Assembly: GCA_951406725.2 (NCBI GenBank)
Contig: OX597839.1
Coordinates: 7,502,001 to 7,566,000, forward strand
From: Octopus vulgaris
Lineage: Eukaryota
Length of the DNA: 64,000 bases
Direction: 5' to 3'
How positions within the stretch are numbered: position 1 is the stretch's first letter; each line of letters opens with the position of its first letter. Positions 26,914 to 41,828 of the stretch are shown one piece after another. A program made the position numbers and the translations under genes. Under the pieces are notes generated by a model. That model did no database searches and was not told where the DNA came from. It was given only the letters and a program-made list of their open reading frames with translations.

Positions 26914-27390
26914 ATTTCTTTACTACCCACCATGGGCTAAACACAGAGAGAACAAACAAGGACTGACAAACGGATTAAGTCGATTATATCGACCCCTGTG
27001 CGTAACTGGTACTTATTTAATCAGGCGGCGAGCTGGCAGAATTGTTAGCACGCCGGGCGAAATGCTAAGCGGTATTTCGTCTGCCGTTACGTTGTGAGTT
27101 CAAATTCCGCCGAGGTCGACTTTGCCTTTCATCCTTTCGGGGTCGATAAATTAAGTACCAGTTGCGCACTGGGGTCGATGTAATCGACTTAATGCCTATG
27201 CCTGTCCTTGTTTGTCTCCTCTATGTTTGGCCCCTTGTGGGTAATAAAGAAATATGTACTTATTTAATCGACCCAGAAAGGATGAAAGGCAAAGTCGACC
27301 TCGGCGGAATTTGAACTCAGAATGTTACCGCAGACTAAATACGGCTACGCATTTCGCCCGGCGTGCTAACGTTTCTACCAGCTCGCCGCC
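26914..27390 (-). mobile_element. SINE-B (minus) interrupted by a nested SINE-B (plus, 27023-27255)
   Basis: The inner copy has a 14-bp TSD, GTACTTATTTAATC (27009-27022 and 27256-27269). The outer copy is flanked by TTAT(C/G)ATATAC. Confidence 0.92.
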
Positions 27391-27654
27391 TTATGATATA
27401 CTATCTGCATTTATGTGTACAAACAGGCATAGTGAAGTATTTTCGTATCTTTTAATGTTATTTCAAAAAACTCTTCTTTCACAACATATGGCCTGGTTGG
27501 CTAAAGTTCTTCGCTGGAGCGAGGATATCATTAACCAAAAGAACTGTGACGAACGTTATCCTCACATTGGAGTCAAAGACCCCATGATTTCGTTAGAGGG
27601 TTTGTTAAGCTAACGGGCCGTGTATTAGTGAGACAATGGTGGCACCATTGGATA

Positions 27655-28054
27655 TACTCTTTACTCTCTTACTCTTTTACTTGTTTCAGTCATTTGACTG
27701 CGGCCATGCTGGAGCACCGCCTTTAATCGAGCAACTCGACCCCGGGACTTATTCTTTGTAAGCCCAGTACTTATTCTATCGGTCTCTTTTGCCGAACCGC
27801 TAAGTGACGGGGACATAAACACACCAGCATCGGTTGTCGGGGGACAAACACAGACACACAAACATACACGCACACACTATATACATATATACGACGGGCT
27901 TCTTTCAGTTTCCGTCTACCAAATCCACTCACAAGACTTTGGTCGGCCCGAGGCTATAGTAGAAGACACTTGCTCAAGGTGCCACGCAGTGTGACAGAAC
28001 CCGGAACCATGTGGTTGGTAAACAAGCTACTTACCACACAGCCACTCATGCGCC
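27655..28054 (-). mobile_element. SINE-A, full length
   Basis: Matches family A. Confidence 0.92.
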
Positions 28055-28613
28055 TATCTTCCCGATATCTTCCCGTTTCTTTTGAATTTCTGCCACTTTG
28101 GGGTTTCCTGGTATCTGTACACCGCCATGGTTCGAGATGCCTCGAGGGTGGTAGAAGAAGCCGACTCAACCCGCCCAGGGTGAATGTCGCCACAAGTACA
28201 AGTACAAGTAAGTGTGATGCCCCCCCCCCCCCCCCACCGTAAAATTCCTGCCCATGCGGCAAAATTTGAAACTTATTTCTAATGAGGTAAAAGTTTAAGA
28301 TGAAATGGAAATTGAGTTATCACCATTAAAGTGTGTATACAGTTTGGGGACAACTTGTATATGTGTGTATGTAAGTGTGTATGTCTCTTCTATTTTTTAT
28401 TATTATAAATCTTCCATCGAGAAAGATACAAGGCTCAGGCTCTAGAATGTATCTAATACAGACAAATCCGCATTTGGAACTTGAGGAACGTCTTGCATAT
28501 TTTTACTGTTCCACTTATAATTTACGAATTAGCCGGTCGATTTCTCTTTCCAACTTCGCATTTAAGCATTTACTAACAAAACCTAGTGCTCCAATTATTA
28601 TTGATATGAATAT

Positions 28614-29023
28614 GGCGCAAGAGTAGCTGTGTGGTAAGTAGCTTGCTAACGAACCACATGGTTCCGGGTTCAGTCCCACTGCGTGGCATCTTGGGCAAGT
28701 GTCTTCTGCTATAGCCCCGGGCCGACCAATGCCTTGTGAGTGGATTTGGTAGACGGAAACTGAAAGAAGTCTGTCGTATATATGCATATATATATGCGTG
28801 TGTGTGTCGGTGTTTGTCCCCCTAGCATTGCTTGACAACCGATGCTGGTTTGTTTACGTCCCCGTCACTTAGCGGTTCGGCAAAAGAGACCGATAGAATA
28901 AATACTGGGCTTACAAAGAATAAGTCCCAGGGTCGATTTGATCGACAAAAAGCGGTGCTCCAGCATGACCGCAGTCAAATGACTGAAACAAGTAAAAGAG
29001 TAAAAGAGTAAAAGAGTAAAGAG
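28614..29023 (+). mobile_element. SINE-A, full length, with (GTAAAAGA)n tail
   Basis: Matches family A; the terminal 8-mer is repeated. Confidence 0.92.
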
Positions 29024-29469
29024 TATGAATTCATAGTCTGGATATAGAAGCTGGAGTTTTCGAAGCAGTTGTCCATAGATGTCCCCTTTCCAATGAAAGT
29101 GCTTGAAAATGATAAAGAGATATAAATATATCTGCAGGGGAGCTGACCCCTATTATGGTATATACCTTTACGTCTCTGGCACAACCAACAATATCTGGCC
29201 TGTTATGTTTACGTTTGAAAGAAGCTTTGATGGGAATAGTCCAACATTATTCCATGAGTTGGTGTTTATGAATATATTCTATAACAGAGGGATGTTCTAA
29301 GTATATTTCAGAACAGTCCTTTTTGCGAATGTATGTATGTGTGTATATGTTTGTGTATACAAGATTAATCAGCCGAAATTGCGAGGATGATCCGGTTCTT
29401 GACTGAAAATTGAAGGCTTCGTGTTTTTGTATCGTCTTCTAAAGGTTTTGCGTTCTTGTCCCAGTTTGT

Positions 29470-29523
<54 letters not shown>

Positions 29524-29526
<3 letters not shown>

Positions 29527-29708
29527 AGAGTTTACGAAAAAAACAAAAGACAAAGACAGGTGGTGTACGAAACAACAGATGTATTAGTATAACGCTCAGT
29601 AATAGAAAAAGTATTTTACGTTTCGAGCCTACGCTCTTCTACAGAACGGGGCACAGAAAAACAAGGACAAAACAAGGAGAGAAAAAAATGTGTGTAGTGG
29701 CTAACGAT
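29524..29708 (-). mobile_element. ~180-bp element embedded in (TA)n, with hammerhead-like motif
   Basis: Reverse complement of 25739-25915 with the same ends; (TA)n on both sides. Confidence 0.8.
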
Positions 29709-30501
29709 ATATATATATATATATATATATATAGCGAAAGAGAGAAAGACAGAGTGAGAGAGAACGTGTGTGAGAAAAAGAGCAAAGGAAAATAAAATTG
29801 TGCTTCTAAACAGCCAACCCGATAGACAGGGAAACATAGATAGGCATAAACAGATACATATATAAGTACGTACCCTAGATATCTGTGTATAGCAAACTAG
29901 CTCACAATATACCTATCCCCCTGTCACCAGGTTTACATAAACATGCGCACATACATATATACATACATACGTATGCATGTATGTATGTCTGTATTATGGA
30001 AGTATATATTCACATTATACAACTATATGTGCGTTTGTGTAAATGTATGTATGCATTTATGTATGTACAAACATACATACGTAGGAGGGAGAGTGGTTTG
30101 GAGACAAACATGCAGATGGTAAGGTATGTTTACGAATATATGAATGTATATTATACACGGGACAAAAGATGATTGTATGCGTTTTCGCACGTTTGGAGTG
30201 AAAATGGGAGTGCATTAATTTTCATGGTTTTTCTTCCTAAGCAAGAGCACGCGTTAAGAGAAGTCGTGGGTCATTGTGGGAAAAGAAAATTTCAATAAAG
30301 CAGACGATACTTTACCTAACTAAATCTAATGTTATTCTGAAGGCTGGGAATTTTATAGTTGTTTATTAGAATATCGAAGTACTAGCACAAGAGAGTCGAC
30401 GTTTCAGACATGCAATATGTATGTACATATATGTAAATATATGTATGAATGTAAATGTGCGTGTGAGTGTGTTGATAGTAATATGTATGTATGTATGTAT
30501 G

Positions 30502-30584
<83 letters not shown>

Positions 30585-31216
30585 GTGTATATATATATAC
30601 ATATGTATATATATATATATGTATATATATACACACGCACACACACATATTCACATACACCCATATATATGCATATATATATGTGTGTGTATATATTTAT
30701 AATATATTATGTAATATATACAAAAAGATCAATATATACACACATTTATATATTTATACATATACATACATACACATATATACACACAAACTCGATATTT
30801 ACATATGTGTGTGCATGCATGTGTGTGTGTGCGTGTGTGTGATGTGTATCAGCAGAGTGTGCCCCAGTCGTTAAGGAGTCACTGTGTGAGATGATGCGTA
30901 AACCTTATTGTGTATAGCTTGAGGTCGCCCCCCCCCCCGCCCCGCGTTATCAAATAGGTAGACAAGAACCCTAATGAAAACTGCCGGCTAGATAGCACGC
31001 GTAGTTTCGGGGCCCAAACTTCTACCTGAGAAGTAGGCATTGATTAGAAGCATCCATGGAATACTCAAAATGGTTACAGGTAAATTAAACGAGCAGGTAA
31101 ATCAATTAACCAAATAATTTATATCGTCGAACAAGACGGAGATCCCTCTCCGCCCGTATTTGTGATTACGTGAGTGAGTACGTAAATGCAAGTGTGTGCG
31201 TATTCTTGTGCGAAAG

Positions 31217-31273
<57 letters not shown>

Positions 31274-31845
31274 CGTGTGTTTTCTCTGTAAGTGAATGTT
31301 AAAGAAAAGGAGATTGTGAGAAGCTTTGGAGAGGTTAAAAGAAATTGTTGAAGAAGAAATGATAAAAAGACTTGAGAGGTGAAATAGATGTCACAAAACG
31401 ATAAGTGAGGAGATTCACTTATCACGGATGGATGGAGATATACGCATACAAACATACACACAACATACAAATGTATGTGTGTGTATGTGTGTATTTGCGT
31501 GTACGTGTGAATACACATACATGTATATATGTACGTACGTGTGTACACATGCTAAAAAATCTATCAATGTATATATCTATCTATTTCTCTATCAATCAAT
31601 CTGTCTGTCTACCTATCATTCAATCCATCTATTTATCTATCCCTTTCTTTAAATCTATCACTCCCTCTCTCTCTTTATATATATAAATATATACATATAT
31701 ATATATTATATATATATATATTTATATATATATATGTATATTGGCATATAATATTACATACAAGTCATTCACAATAGAATACATGTGAATGTAAAATGTA
31801 TATATATAATAATATATGTATATGTATATATATATATGTATATGT

Positions 31846-31925
<80 letters not shown>

Positions 31926-32034
31926 GTATATATATACATATATATATATATGTATATACATATATATATATAAATATATATATTTATATATATATATGTA
32001 CATTTGAATGTCTATGTATATATATATGTATACT

Positions 32035-32066
<32 letters not shown>

Positions 32067-32377
32067 CAAACACACACACACTCATTCAAACATACACTCA
32101 TAAACAGACTCAAATGTAGAGAAAGTGGTAACACTGAATTCAATTCAGCTGATTTAAAGTTAAAAGACAGACTGGAATCTAGAGCAAAATAATATTGTGA
32201 TTTTATGATTCATTACTTATAAATTAAATACATTCACATACATACATACATACGTACATACATACATACATACATACATACACACACACATATATGTAAC
32301 ACAATGAACGTGCATAAAATACATATGCATGTATATATATATCAATGTATGTGTGTGTGTATATATATGTGTGTGTG

Positions 32378-32411
<34 letters not shown>

Positions 32412-32627
32412 CTAATTATGCAGACACATATATTTATATATATATTTATATATATAAATATATATATACATATATCTGTATATAAATATGTATATATAAG
32501 TATATATATGCCGGTATATATATAAATATGTGTGTGTGTGTATATTTAAATATATATATATACACACACATATATATATATATATATATCTGTATGTAAA
32601 TATGTATGTATAAATATATGTATGTAC

Positions 32628-32667
<40 letters not shown>

Positions 32668-32705
32668 GTGTATATATATATATACATACATATATTTATA
32701 TATAT

Positions 32706-32881
32706 GGAAAAAGAAGTCAAGATATAAAATGCTAAAATAATTTTATAAAGAACATTTTAGTACCGGTTTCAGACTTTGAGACTTATTCAACTGCAACAAT
32801 GAAATAATTAAATTTAGAAAAATTAAAAGAAAAGTTTTTTTTTAAAGAATATTTGTATAGTGGCATTTTCCTTATTTCTGC
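32706..32881 (-). mobile_element. Dispersed repeat adjacent to (TA)n (second copy ~57674-57862 in opposite orientation) with a hammerhead-like fold
   Basis: Both copies share CAGTTGAATAAGTCTCAAAG(A/T)CTGAAACCGGTACT and the same terminal GGAAAAA next to (TA)n. Confidence 0.75.
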
Positions 32882-33143
32882 CTGTCTCTGTCTCTCTTGA
32901 TTACTCTTATATATATATATATAATAATAATAATCATAATAATATAATAGTAATAATGAAATTATTGTATACAGTGCTCAGGTGCACCACAACTTGTCAG
33001 AAAGTGCATATAAAGTACATGCAGCAATGTAGAAATATTAATATGTATACACATATAGATGTATACATATATATATACACAAAAATATACGTATATATAT
33101 ATATGCATATATATGTATATAACTATGTATATATATATATATG

Positions 33144-33189
<46 letters not shown>

Positions 33190-33722
33190 GCTAATATGTG
33201 TGTGTGTATGTGTCTGTGTATATGTGTGTCTGTATATACATGAAATAAATGTATTTGTATAAATACGTCTCTCACCTCATCACTCTCTCTCTCCCTCTCT
33301 CTCCCTCTCTCTCCCTACCTCTCTTTCTGATCGTGTATGTTTGTCTGTGTGTGTGTATTTGTATGTATGTATGTGTGTGTGTGTGTGTTCGTGTATACGT
33401 GTGAGCATGTATATGGGTACATCACGCAAGCATTCAATATTTATTCAAAAATTAATATTTCGCACATATTTTAGACGTCGGAAGTAGTGTGTGCAAGTCA
33501 AATAAGCACAAAGCTTTATCAACTATAAAAATGATTATGTCAATGGAAGTGTCGCAAAATATTGAAGGGATCAATGAAAAATTCTCTTACTCTATATTAC
33601 ATCATACGTTTATATATAAATGTGCAAATATATACACATAAAATGCAAGTACAACCAGACATGTATAGGCGTATAAAATATAAATATATACATAAAAGTA
33701 TATATTTACATGTACCAGCTAG

Positions 33723-33849
<127 letters not shown>

Positions 33850-34470
33850 TTGAATTTATAAATATATAAATATATATACATTTAATTATATATATATATA
33901 AATAAAAACATATATAATTTGTATATATATATATATATATATATATATGCATAAATATATATGTGATTATATATAAATATGTAAATATTTATATATCATT
34001 GTACATATATATATATATATATAAATATGTAAATATTTATATATCATTGTACATATATATATATATATATATAAATATATATATATATGTATATACGCGT
34101 GTGTGTATATATATTTATTTACCAAAATGATAGTCAGTGGTTTCGTAGGCAGAACCCTATCCGTAACGAGTGTTTGAGCAAATCATGTCCCACTTGTATA
34201 TTAGCACACAAACACAAGTTATTTTCATAACACGGATCATACATACTATATAACTTTTAATAAGTAATGAATAAAACTAAAGACGCATAATAATAATTAT
34301 ATAGCATATCGCTTATGTAATCGCATAATCATACATATGTGCAATTCAAAAACATGGATAAGAACTAAGTTTAAAGCATTAGCATCTGATATGGTATGAT
34401 GACACTCATCCAGAGATATATTACCTAAGTGCGTTTACATAAGCGAGAGAATGTGTGACTGTATCCGTGC

Positions 34471-34533
<63 letters not shown>

Positions 34534-34561
34534 GTATCTATATATGTATATATGTAATTAT

Positions 34562-34597
<36 letters not shown>

Positions 34598-34840
34598 TAA
34601 AAAAAAAAAAAAAAAAAAAAAAGCTGAATACACATACATACACACACTCACACATAGATACACACAAACATACATATATAGATAGATAGATATATAGGCA
34701 TATATATATATATGTATATAATCGTTAATTTATTTTATAAAATAAAATTATATTTATAGTGTTAATTTGTTTACCATAATTGGTTTTATACTTTGGCTAT
34801 TTCAAAAATCTTACATAGATCTTAAACTTATATTTAATTG

Positions 34841-34882
<42 letters not shown>

Positions 34883-35005
34883 ATACATAGATATTATTAT
34901 TATTATTATTATTATTTAAATATATGCTTATGTACATGTATATATTCATATATAAATCTACTCTGTGTGTATATATAAAACTTTTGTAAATATTAATCCT
35001 GTGTT

Positions 35006-35045
<40 letters not shown>

Positions 35046-35219
35046 TATATACACATACATACATATACACAGTTATCTACCTACATCTCTCGCTTCGTGT
35101 ACATATATACACACATTTTATATATATAAATAATTAAATGAATGAATATATATATATATATACATTTATATATACATATTTATATATAAATAAATGTATA
35201 AATATATTTATATATAGAG

Positions 35220-35270
<51 letters not shown>

Positions 35271-35626
35271 TAAGACTTAAATCTACATGATATGTAAATA
35301 ATATGTCATTATATCTCCATGTATTTATGACTCTATCCATCTATTCTTTTATATACATGCATTCATACATACATATGTAATGTGTGTGTTATGTACGTAT
35401 GTTATGTATGTTTATATATTTGTGTGTAAATTTGGTGGAGAGATAATCAGATTGATAGATAGATAGATAAATAGAGAGATACTTAGATATACAAATACAA
35501 ATATTTGAATTCATACACGAATCTAGATATCCATCATATAAATGTTCCATGTTTTGTTGTATATATACACTTGTATCTTGATACACGCAGATAATCACAT
35601 ACACAAACATACATATGTGTGTGTGT

Positions 35627-35668
<42 letters not shown>

Positions 35669-35811
35669 ATGCATATGTATGTATATTTGTACATCTATAT
35701 ATATGTATATACATAAACACACATTTAGGTATTCTATACACATGCTATATATAAAATATATATATGTATGTATATATTTAAATATACGCATATATACATG
35801 TTATATGTATA

Positions 35812-35864
<53 letters not shown>

Positions 35865-35955
35865 TATATGTAAACATATTCATATATATATATGTATATA
35901 TTACTATATATTTATATATGTACATATATACATGTTACTGTGAATATATATTTAA

Positions 35956-36000
<45 letters not shown>

Positions 36001-36299
36001 GATGCGCAATTTTCCTGGCGTGTTGGTAATGTATACATAAATATATTGAACCCGTGTATATGTGCATGTGTGATTCGCTTATAAAAGAATAAAATAATTA
36101 AACCAAAACGTGTAAACAAAGCACAGCTTCACGCAGGCCATCTGATACTCGCACATAAGTATTTGTACATAATGGTCGTTAGTGTAAGCATGAAAATGAG
36201 ATTTATATGTGACGATACACAGGCGAACGTACCATCATTCTCCACCACCAATTTTCAAAAGTACATACCAGCGCACTCCGCCCCTAACACATATGTAGC

Positions 36300-36520
36300 T
36301 ATTCTTTTATTCTTTTATTTGTTTCAGTAAATTCGCGGCGACTATGCTTTAGCGTCATTTTTAGACGAACAAAAATCGACCCCAGGACTTTTTCCTTGTA
36401 TTATGCCTGAGATTGTTTCTATCGATCTCTTTTGCCAAACCGGTAAAATTGCACGGATGTAAACACACCAACATCGTTTGTCAAACGATGAGGCCGGTGG
36501 GAAGAGAAACACAGACACAC
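36300..36520 (-). mobile_element. Degraded SINE-A 3' half
   Basis: Contains ATCGACCCCAGGACTT..GTAAACACACCAACATCG. Confidence 0.75.
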
Positions 36521-36589
36521 AAACATATACATGCATATATATATATATATATATACATATATTTGTATGTATATTTGTATGTATATATG

Positions 36590-36651
<62 letters not shown>

Positions 36652-36677
36652 TATATATATGTACCTATGTATGTATG

Positions 36678-36721
<44 letters not shown>

Positions 36722-36870
36722 AAATTTAGAGGACTGACCACTAAAAGTAGACAGCCTATATGCTAGATATAGACGTCAAAATCGCCATTTCTCACGAAGA
36801 ATGTGTTCTCAAGAAAAAATTCAGCCAAAAAAATAAAGTGTAAAAATAAGCAAGAGAAATGAAAATAGTC

Positions 36871-37023
36871 TGAGGGTATTAGTCAGCACTAGAATTGCTA
36901 GAAATCAGAGTCAAAAGAGTTCTTAGTCACGATAAAGCACTCATGATGGATAAATGCTTTCCTGTGACTAAGCGTCGTTTTGACTCTTATTTCTAGCAAT
37001 GCTGGTGCTATCTAGTGCCCTCA
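36871..37023. other. 153-bp imperfect fold-back hairpin
   Basis: TGAGGGTATTAG..TTGCTAGAAATCAGAGTCAAAA..CTTAGTCAC..AAAGCA pairs without gaps to TGCTTT..GTGACTAAG..TTTTGACTCTTATTTCTAGCAA..CTAGTGCCCTCA. Confidence 0.88.
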
Positions 37024-37267
37024 ACCACTTCAGTGACGTCTATAGTTCTGCCCTTCGGTTGTAAATTGGGAATAACCCAACTTAATTGTATATTGTAGAT
37101 ATATGTGCTCTGGAGTAAGCGTGAAGGGTTGAGCCCAGTAAAAGAACTCACAATGTTGGACCTTCTTCCAGATCTTTCGCAATGCCCTTAAAACCGGAAA
37201 CTATTCGGTACGCCCTTTATGTGTAACTATAGAGTCACACATTTGCTTATCTGTGTGTGTGTGTATG

Positions 37268-37307
<40 letters not shown>

Positions 37308-37368
37308 GACATATCTATACATATGTTATATACATATATATATATCAACACCTGTACGCACACATATG

Positions 37369-37436
<68 letters not shown>

Positions 37437-37942
37437 CATGTGTATATACATACATATATACATATATACATACATATATATATACATATATATAAATATA
37501 TATATATATGTATAAATATATACACACTCATATATACTTACATATATATGTACTTGCATTCATACATGGTTAGAAAAGAGATCAACAAGATATAGCAATC
37601 AATATGTGTTGAAATTTGAAAGGATCACACTTGAAAAAATGAGGTTTTGAAAGAAATAAAATCGAAGGGAGTGTAGAAAGAGAGGCAGGAGTAGAGAGAG
37701 AGAAAAGAAGAGACGGGTAGAGAGAGGGAGGAAAAAACCCAGAGAACGCGGGAACGAGTGTGTGTGGGGGTGTATTTATAAAATGGAACAGCGTAAAAAA
37801 AATTTGAAACAGAAATGTAAGAGCTGTCATTCTGTCAATGGGCAATATATTGACTCAAATGCTCCCATATAATTACGTGTGAGCATAGATATACACACAT
37901 ACCTACATACATATCCTCTTTCGTATCTTCACACACCCAGGG

Positions 37943-38010
<68 letters not shown>

Positions 38011-38264
38011 CTATGTATGTGTGTATATATATATATAAATATATATATGCACACATTGGGTTGCAGAAACACTCGTATAGATAAATCCATGCAACGTACC
38101 ATTTGCAGTGTGTACTGGGCATGTAATTATCAAAAGAAACATTACTTGCTTAGTTGGCAATGAATACATCAAAATTTCTTGAATAGTACATATCATAGCA
38201 TACATAAACGCATAGTAAACTATATATACATTTCCGTATATATATATGCGCGCGTGGGTGTGTG

Positions 38265-38345
<81 letters not shown>

Positions 38346-38409
38346 CATATATATATACATACATATATATATACATATAAATATATATGTATATATATAT
38401 ATGTGTCTG

Positions 38410-38550
38410 TGATGGTGTGTTTCTATGTACCCGTAACCTGGCGGTTCAGCAAATGAAAACGATAGAATAAGTACAAGGCTTACAAAGAATAAGCCATTAA
38501 AAGCGGTGCCCCAGCATGGCTGCAGTTAATTGACTGAAGCAAGTAAAAGA
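38410..38550 (+). mobile_element. SINE-A 3' fragment
   Basis: Contains GATAGAATAAGTAC..GCGGTGCCCCAGCATGGC. Confidence 0.8.
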
Positions 38551-38575
38551 ATACAAGAATATATACATATATATG

Positions 38576-38669
<94 letters not shown>

Positions 38670-38877
38670 ACATATGTATATGTATGTATATGTATATGTA
38701 TACATATATCTATGTATGTATGTTTGTATGGATATACATATTTATATTTCTTAACCTTGGCACACTTCCATATACATTTATATTCATATACACATACAAG
38801 CAGACACACACGCAAACACATACTCTATATTCATAACCGTTCTCTTCGCTATCTTCCAATTTTCTCATTATTATTAC

Positions 38878-38959
<82 letters not shown>

Positions 38960-39052
38960 GTACTGTATCACTTCCGCTCCACCACCTCCTCTTATCATTA
39001 TCATCATCGTTATCATCAACAATATTTTATTTCTGTTATGAACTAATAAGAC

Positions 39053-39140
39053 AATAGTTGACAAAATACTTGAAAACCGTCTCTCTCTCTCTGAATTCTC
39101 TCTCTCTTTAAATCTCTCTCCCTCTCCTATATATATATAG

Positions 39141-39187
<47 letters not shown>

Positions 39188-39507
39188 AATTAAGGACTGC
39201 ACACGAAAGGTGGACAGTCAACATGCTAGATATGTCAAAATTATATATATATATATATACATACATATCTATATATATCTATCTATCTATATATATATAT
39301 ATACATACATATCTCTATATATAAGGAGAGATATATACATACATATCTATATCTATCTATCTATCTATATATATATATATACATACATATCTCTATATAT
39401 AAGGAGAGATATATACATACATATCTATATATATAAGGAGAGCTAGAGAGATTTAAAGAGAGAGAGAATTCAGAGAGAGAGAGACGGTTTTCAAGTATTT
39501 TGTCAAC

Positions 39508-39511
<4 letters not shown>
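39053..39511. repeat. Inverted duplication (~90-100-bp arms) around a (TA)n-rich spacer that itself contains short tandem duplications
   Basis: AATAGTTGACAAAATACTTGAAAACCGTCTCTC..GAATTCTC..TTTAAATCTCTC at 39053 has its reverse complement ending at 39511. Confidence 0.88.
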
Positions 39512-39568
<57 letters not shown>

Positions 39569-39709
39569 TATGTGTGTATCTATGAATGCTGTTTATATAC
39601 ATATATTAATATGTATGTGTATATATATATATATAAGTATACATATATATGTAATTTTATGTATATGTACATACATATCCATACATACATACGAATACAC
39701 ACACTCACG

Positions 39710-39757
<48 letters not shown>

Positions 39758-40287
39758 TTGACATTTACATATATATATATATATATATATAAATACACAC
39801 ATACATATATATATATACATATATACATACATATATACATATATATACTTATATATATAAATATATATATGTATATATACATATATATGTACAAATATAT
39901 ATATGTATACACACACATATATATATACATACATATATATAAATAAATATATATATATATGTACATGTATATATGTATTGATGCATACATTTATATAAAG
40001 AATTTATTTTTACATTAGTATGAGATTTTTTTTAGTGGACATAACTCTCGTTACGCCTGTATACACATACATACGTAAATGAACGAATATTTTCACACAT
40101 AAATTATTATTTGTATAATTTCTGCAACTTAATATTAATTCTTGATATATAACTCTATTATGCAATACACACGCACAGAAATATACATATATAAATATAC
40201 ATAGATTCATAAACATACCTGTTTATACATATATTTATACTTCTATCTATGCATTTATCTATTTATACACACATACACACATTCACA

Positions 40288-40352
<65 letters not shown>

Positions 40353-40355
40353 ATA

Positions 40356-40596
40356 ATATTTGGTTTCATTCGACGTAAAAACAAACGTTCATACTCCATA
40401 TATAGGGGTCTGTAAATGTGTTTATGTGAACGTATGAATGTGTGTAAATAAACAAAGAGAGATAGATACGTAGCTATGTAGATAATGGCGTACATAATAA
40501 CGCATATACGTATGTATACACACGTGTTTGTAAGAGTGTAAGTACAAGATGTATCTGTGTGTATGCGTGTATGTGTGTATATATTATATATATATA

Positions 40597-40669
<73 letters not shown>

Positions 40670-40681
40670 ATATATATATAT

Positions 40682-40748
<67 letters not shown>

Positions 40749-40757
40749 TATATATAT

Positions 40758-40803
<46 letters not shown>

Positions 40804-40851
40804 ATATATATGATATATATATATGTATATATATATATGATATATATATAT

Positions 40852-40905
<54 letters not shown>

Positions 40906-41153
40906 TATAATATAATATATATAATATATATAATATATATAATATATATGACATATACACACATACACGCACACACACGTATATATCCTGCACTTACACT
41001 CTTACGCACACGTACGCAATTATCTACATAGCTACGTATCTGTCTCTCTATGTTTATTTACACACATTCATATATTCACATAAACACATTTACATACAGA
41101 CCCCTATATAAGGAGTATGAACGTTTGCTTTTACGTCGAATGAAACCAAATAT
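40356..41153. repeat. Diverged inverted duplication (~200-bp arms) centred on a ~370-bp (TA)n tract
   Basis: TTTGGTTTCATTCGACGTAAAA.CAAACGTTCATACTCC.. matches the reverse complement of ..GGAGTATGAACGTTTG.TTTTACGTCGAATGAAACCAAA; the arms differ by substitutions and indels. Confidence 0.9.
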
Positions 41154-41633
41154 CATTTAACATTAAACAGAATAATTATCTATACTTCTATGTATGGTAT
41201 ATATTTATTAAACTTATATAAAAATATCGATTTGTGACTTTCGGCCTGCTTGCCTTCGTCGGACACTTTTATAATTATACACATATTTCTATATAGACGG
41301 TCGATTTTTTTTAATGTCCGTTGCAGTCTGAACGTACGCAATACTTACTAATATATATATTCGGAAGCAATTAGTATTTTGTTAGCCGAAGTCATTTTTA
41401 CCGGTTTTTGTGCGGGGTACTTAACTCCTAAGAGGAACGTTACGGCGCGACTCAAACAACCAAATTCAGCGTTGATAGTATCAATAGCCATCAACTTCTC
41501 TCTAATTTCTCTCTCAATGTGTATGTTCGGGTTTATAATATCTAAGTCTAAGTGTATGCCTATACTATATACATATATACCAAGTGCCACAATTTAGAGG
41601 AGGCTCTTAGTAATAATAGTGTAGTACAAAACT

Positions 41634-41669
41634 ACGGTGTATCAGCATGGCCGCACCTCTGAGCTGAAA

Positions 41670-41673
<4 letters not shown>
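41634..41673 (+). mobile_element. Very short 3'-end remnant of the CR1-group LINE followed by (TA)n
   Basis: CGGTGTATCAGCATGGCCGCACCTCTGAGCTGAAACTA resembles the LINE tail at 8329-8369. Confidence 0.65.
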
Positions 41674-41721
<48 letters not shown>

Positions 41722-41770
41722 GGGAGAGAGAGATAAGTAGATAGATAGATAGATAGATACACAGACAGAC

Positions 41771-41828
<58 letters not shown>

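Noticed and set aside
33970-34075. Exact ~50-bp direct duplication bounded by (TA)n (similar at 59121-59250)
   Set aside because: It is explained by slippage between TA tracts or by assembly error, with no sign of function.
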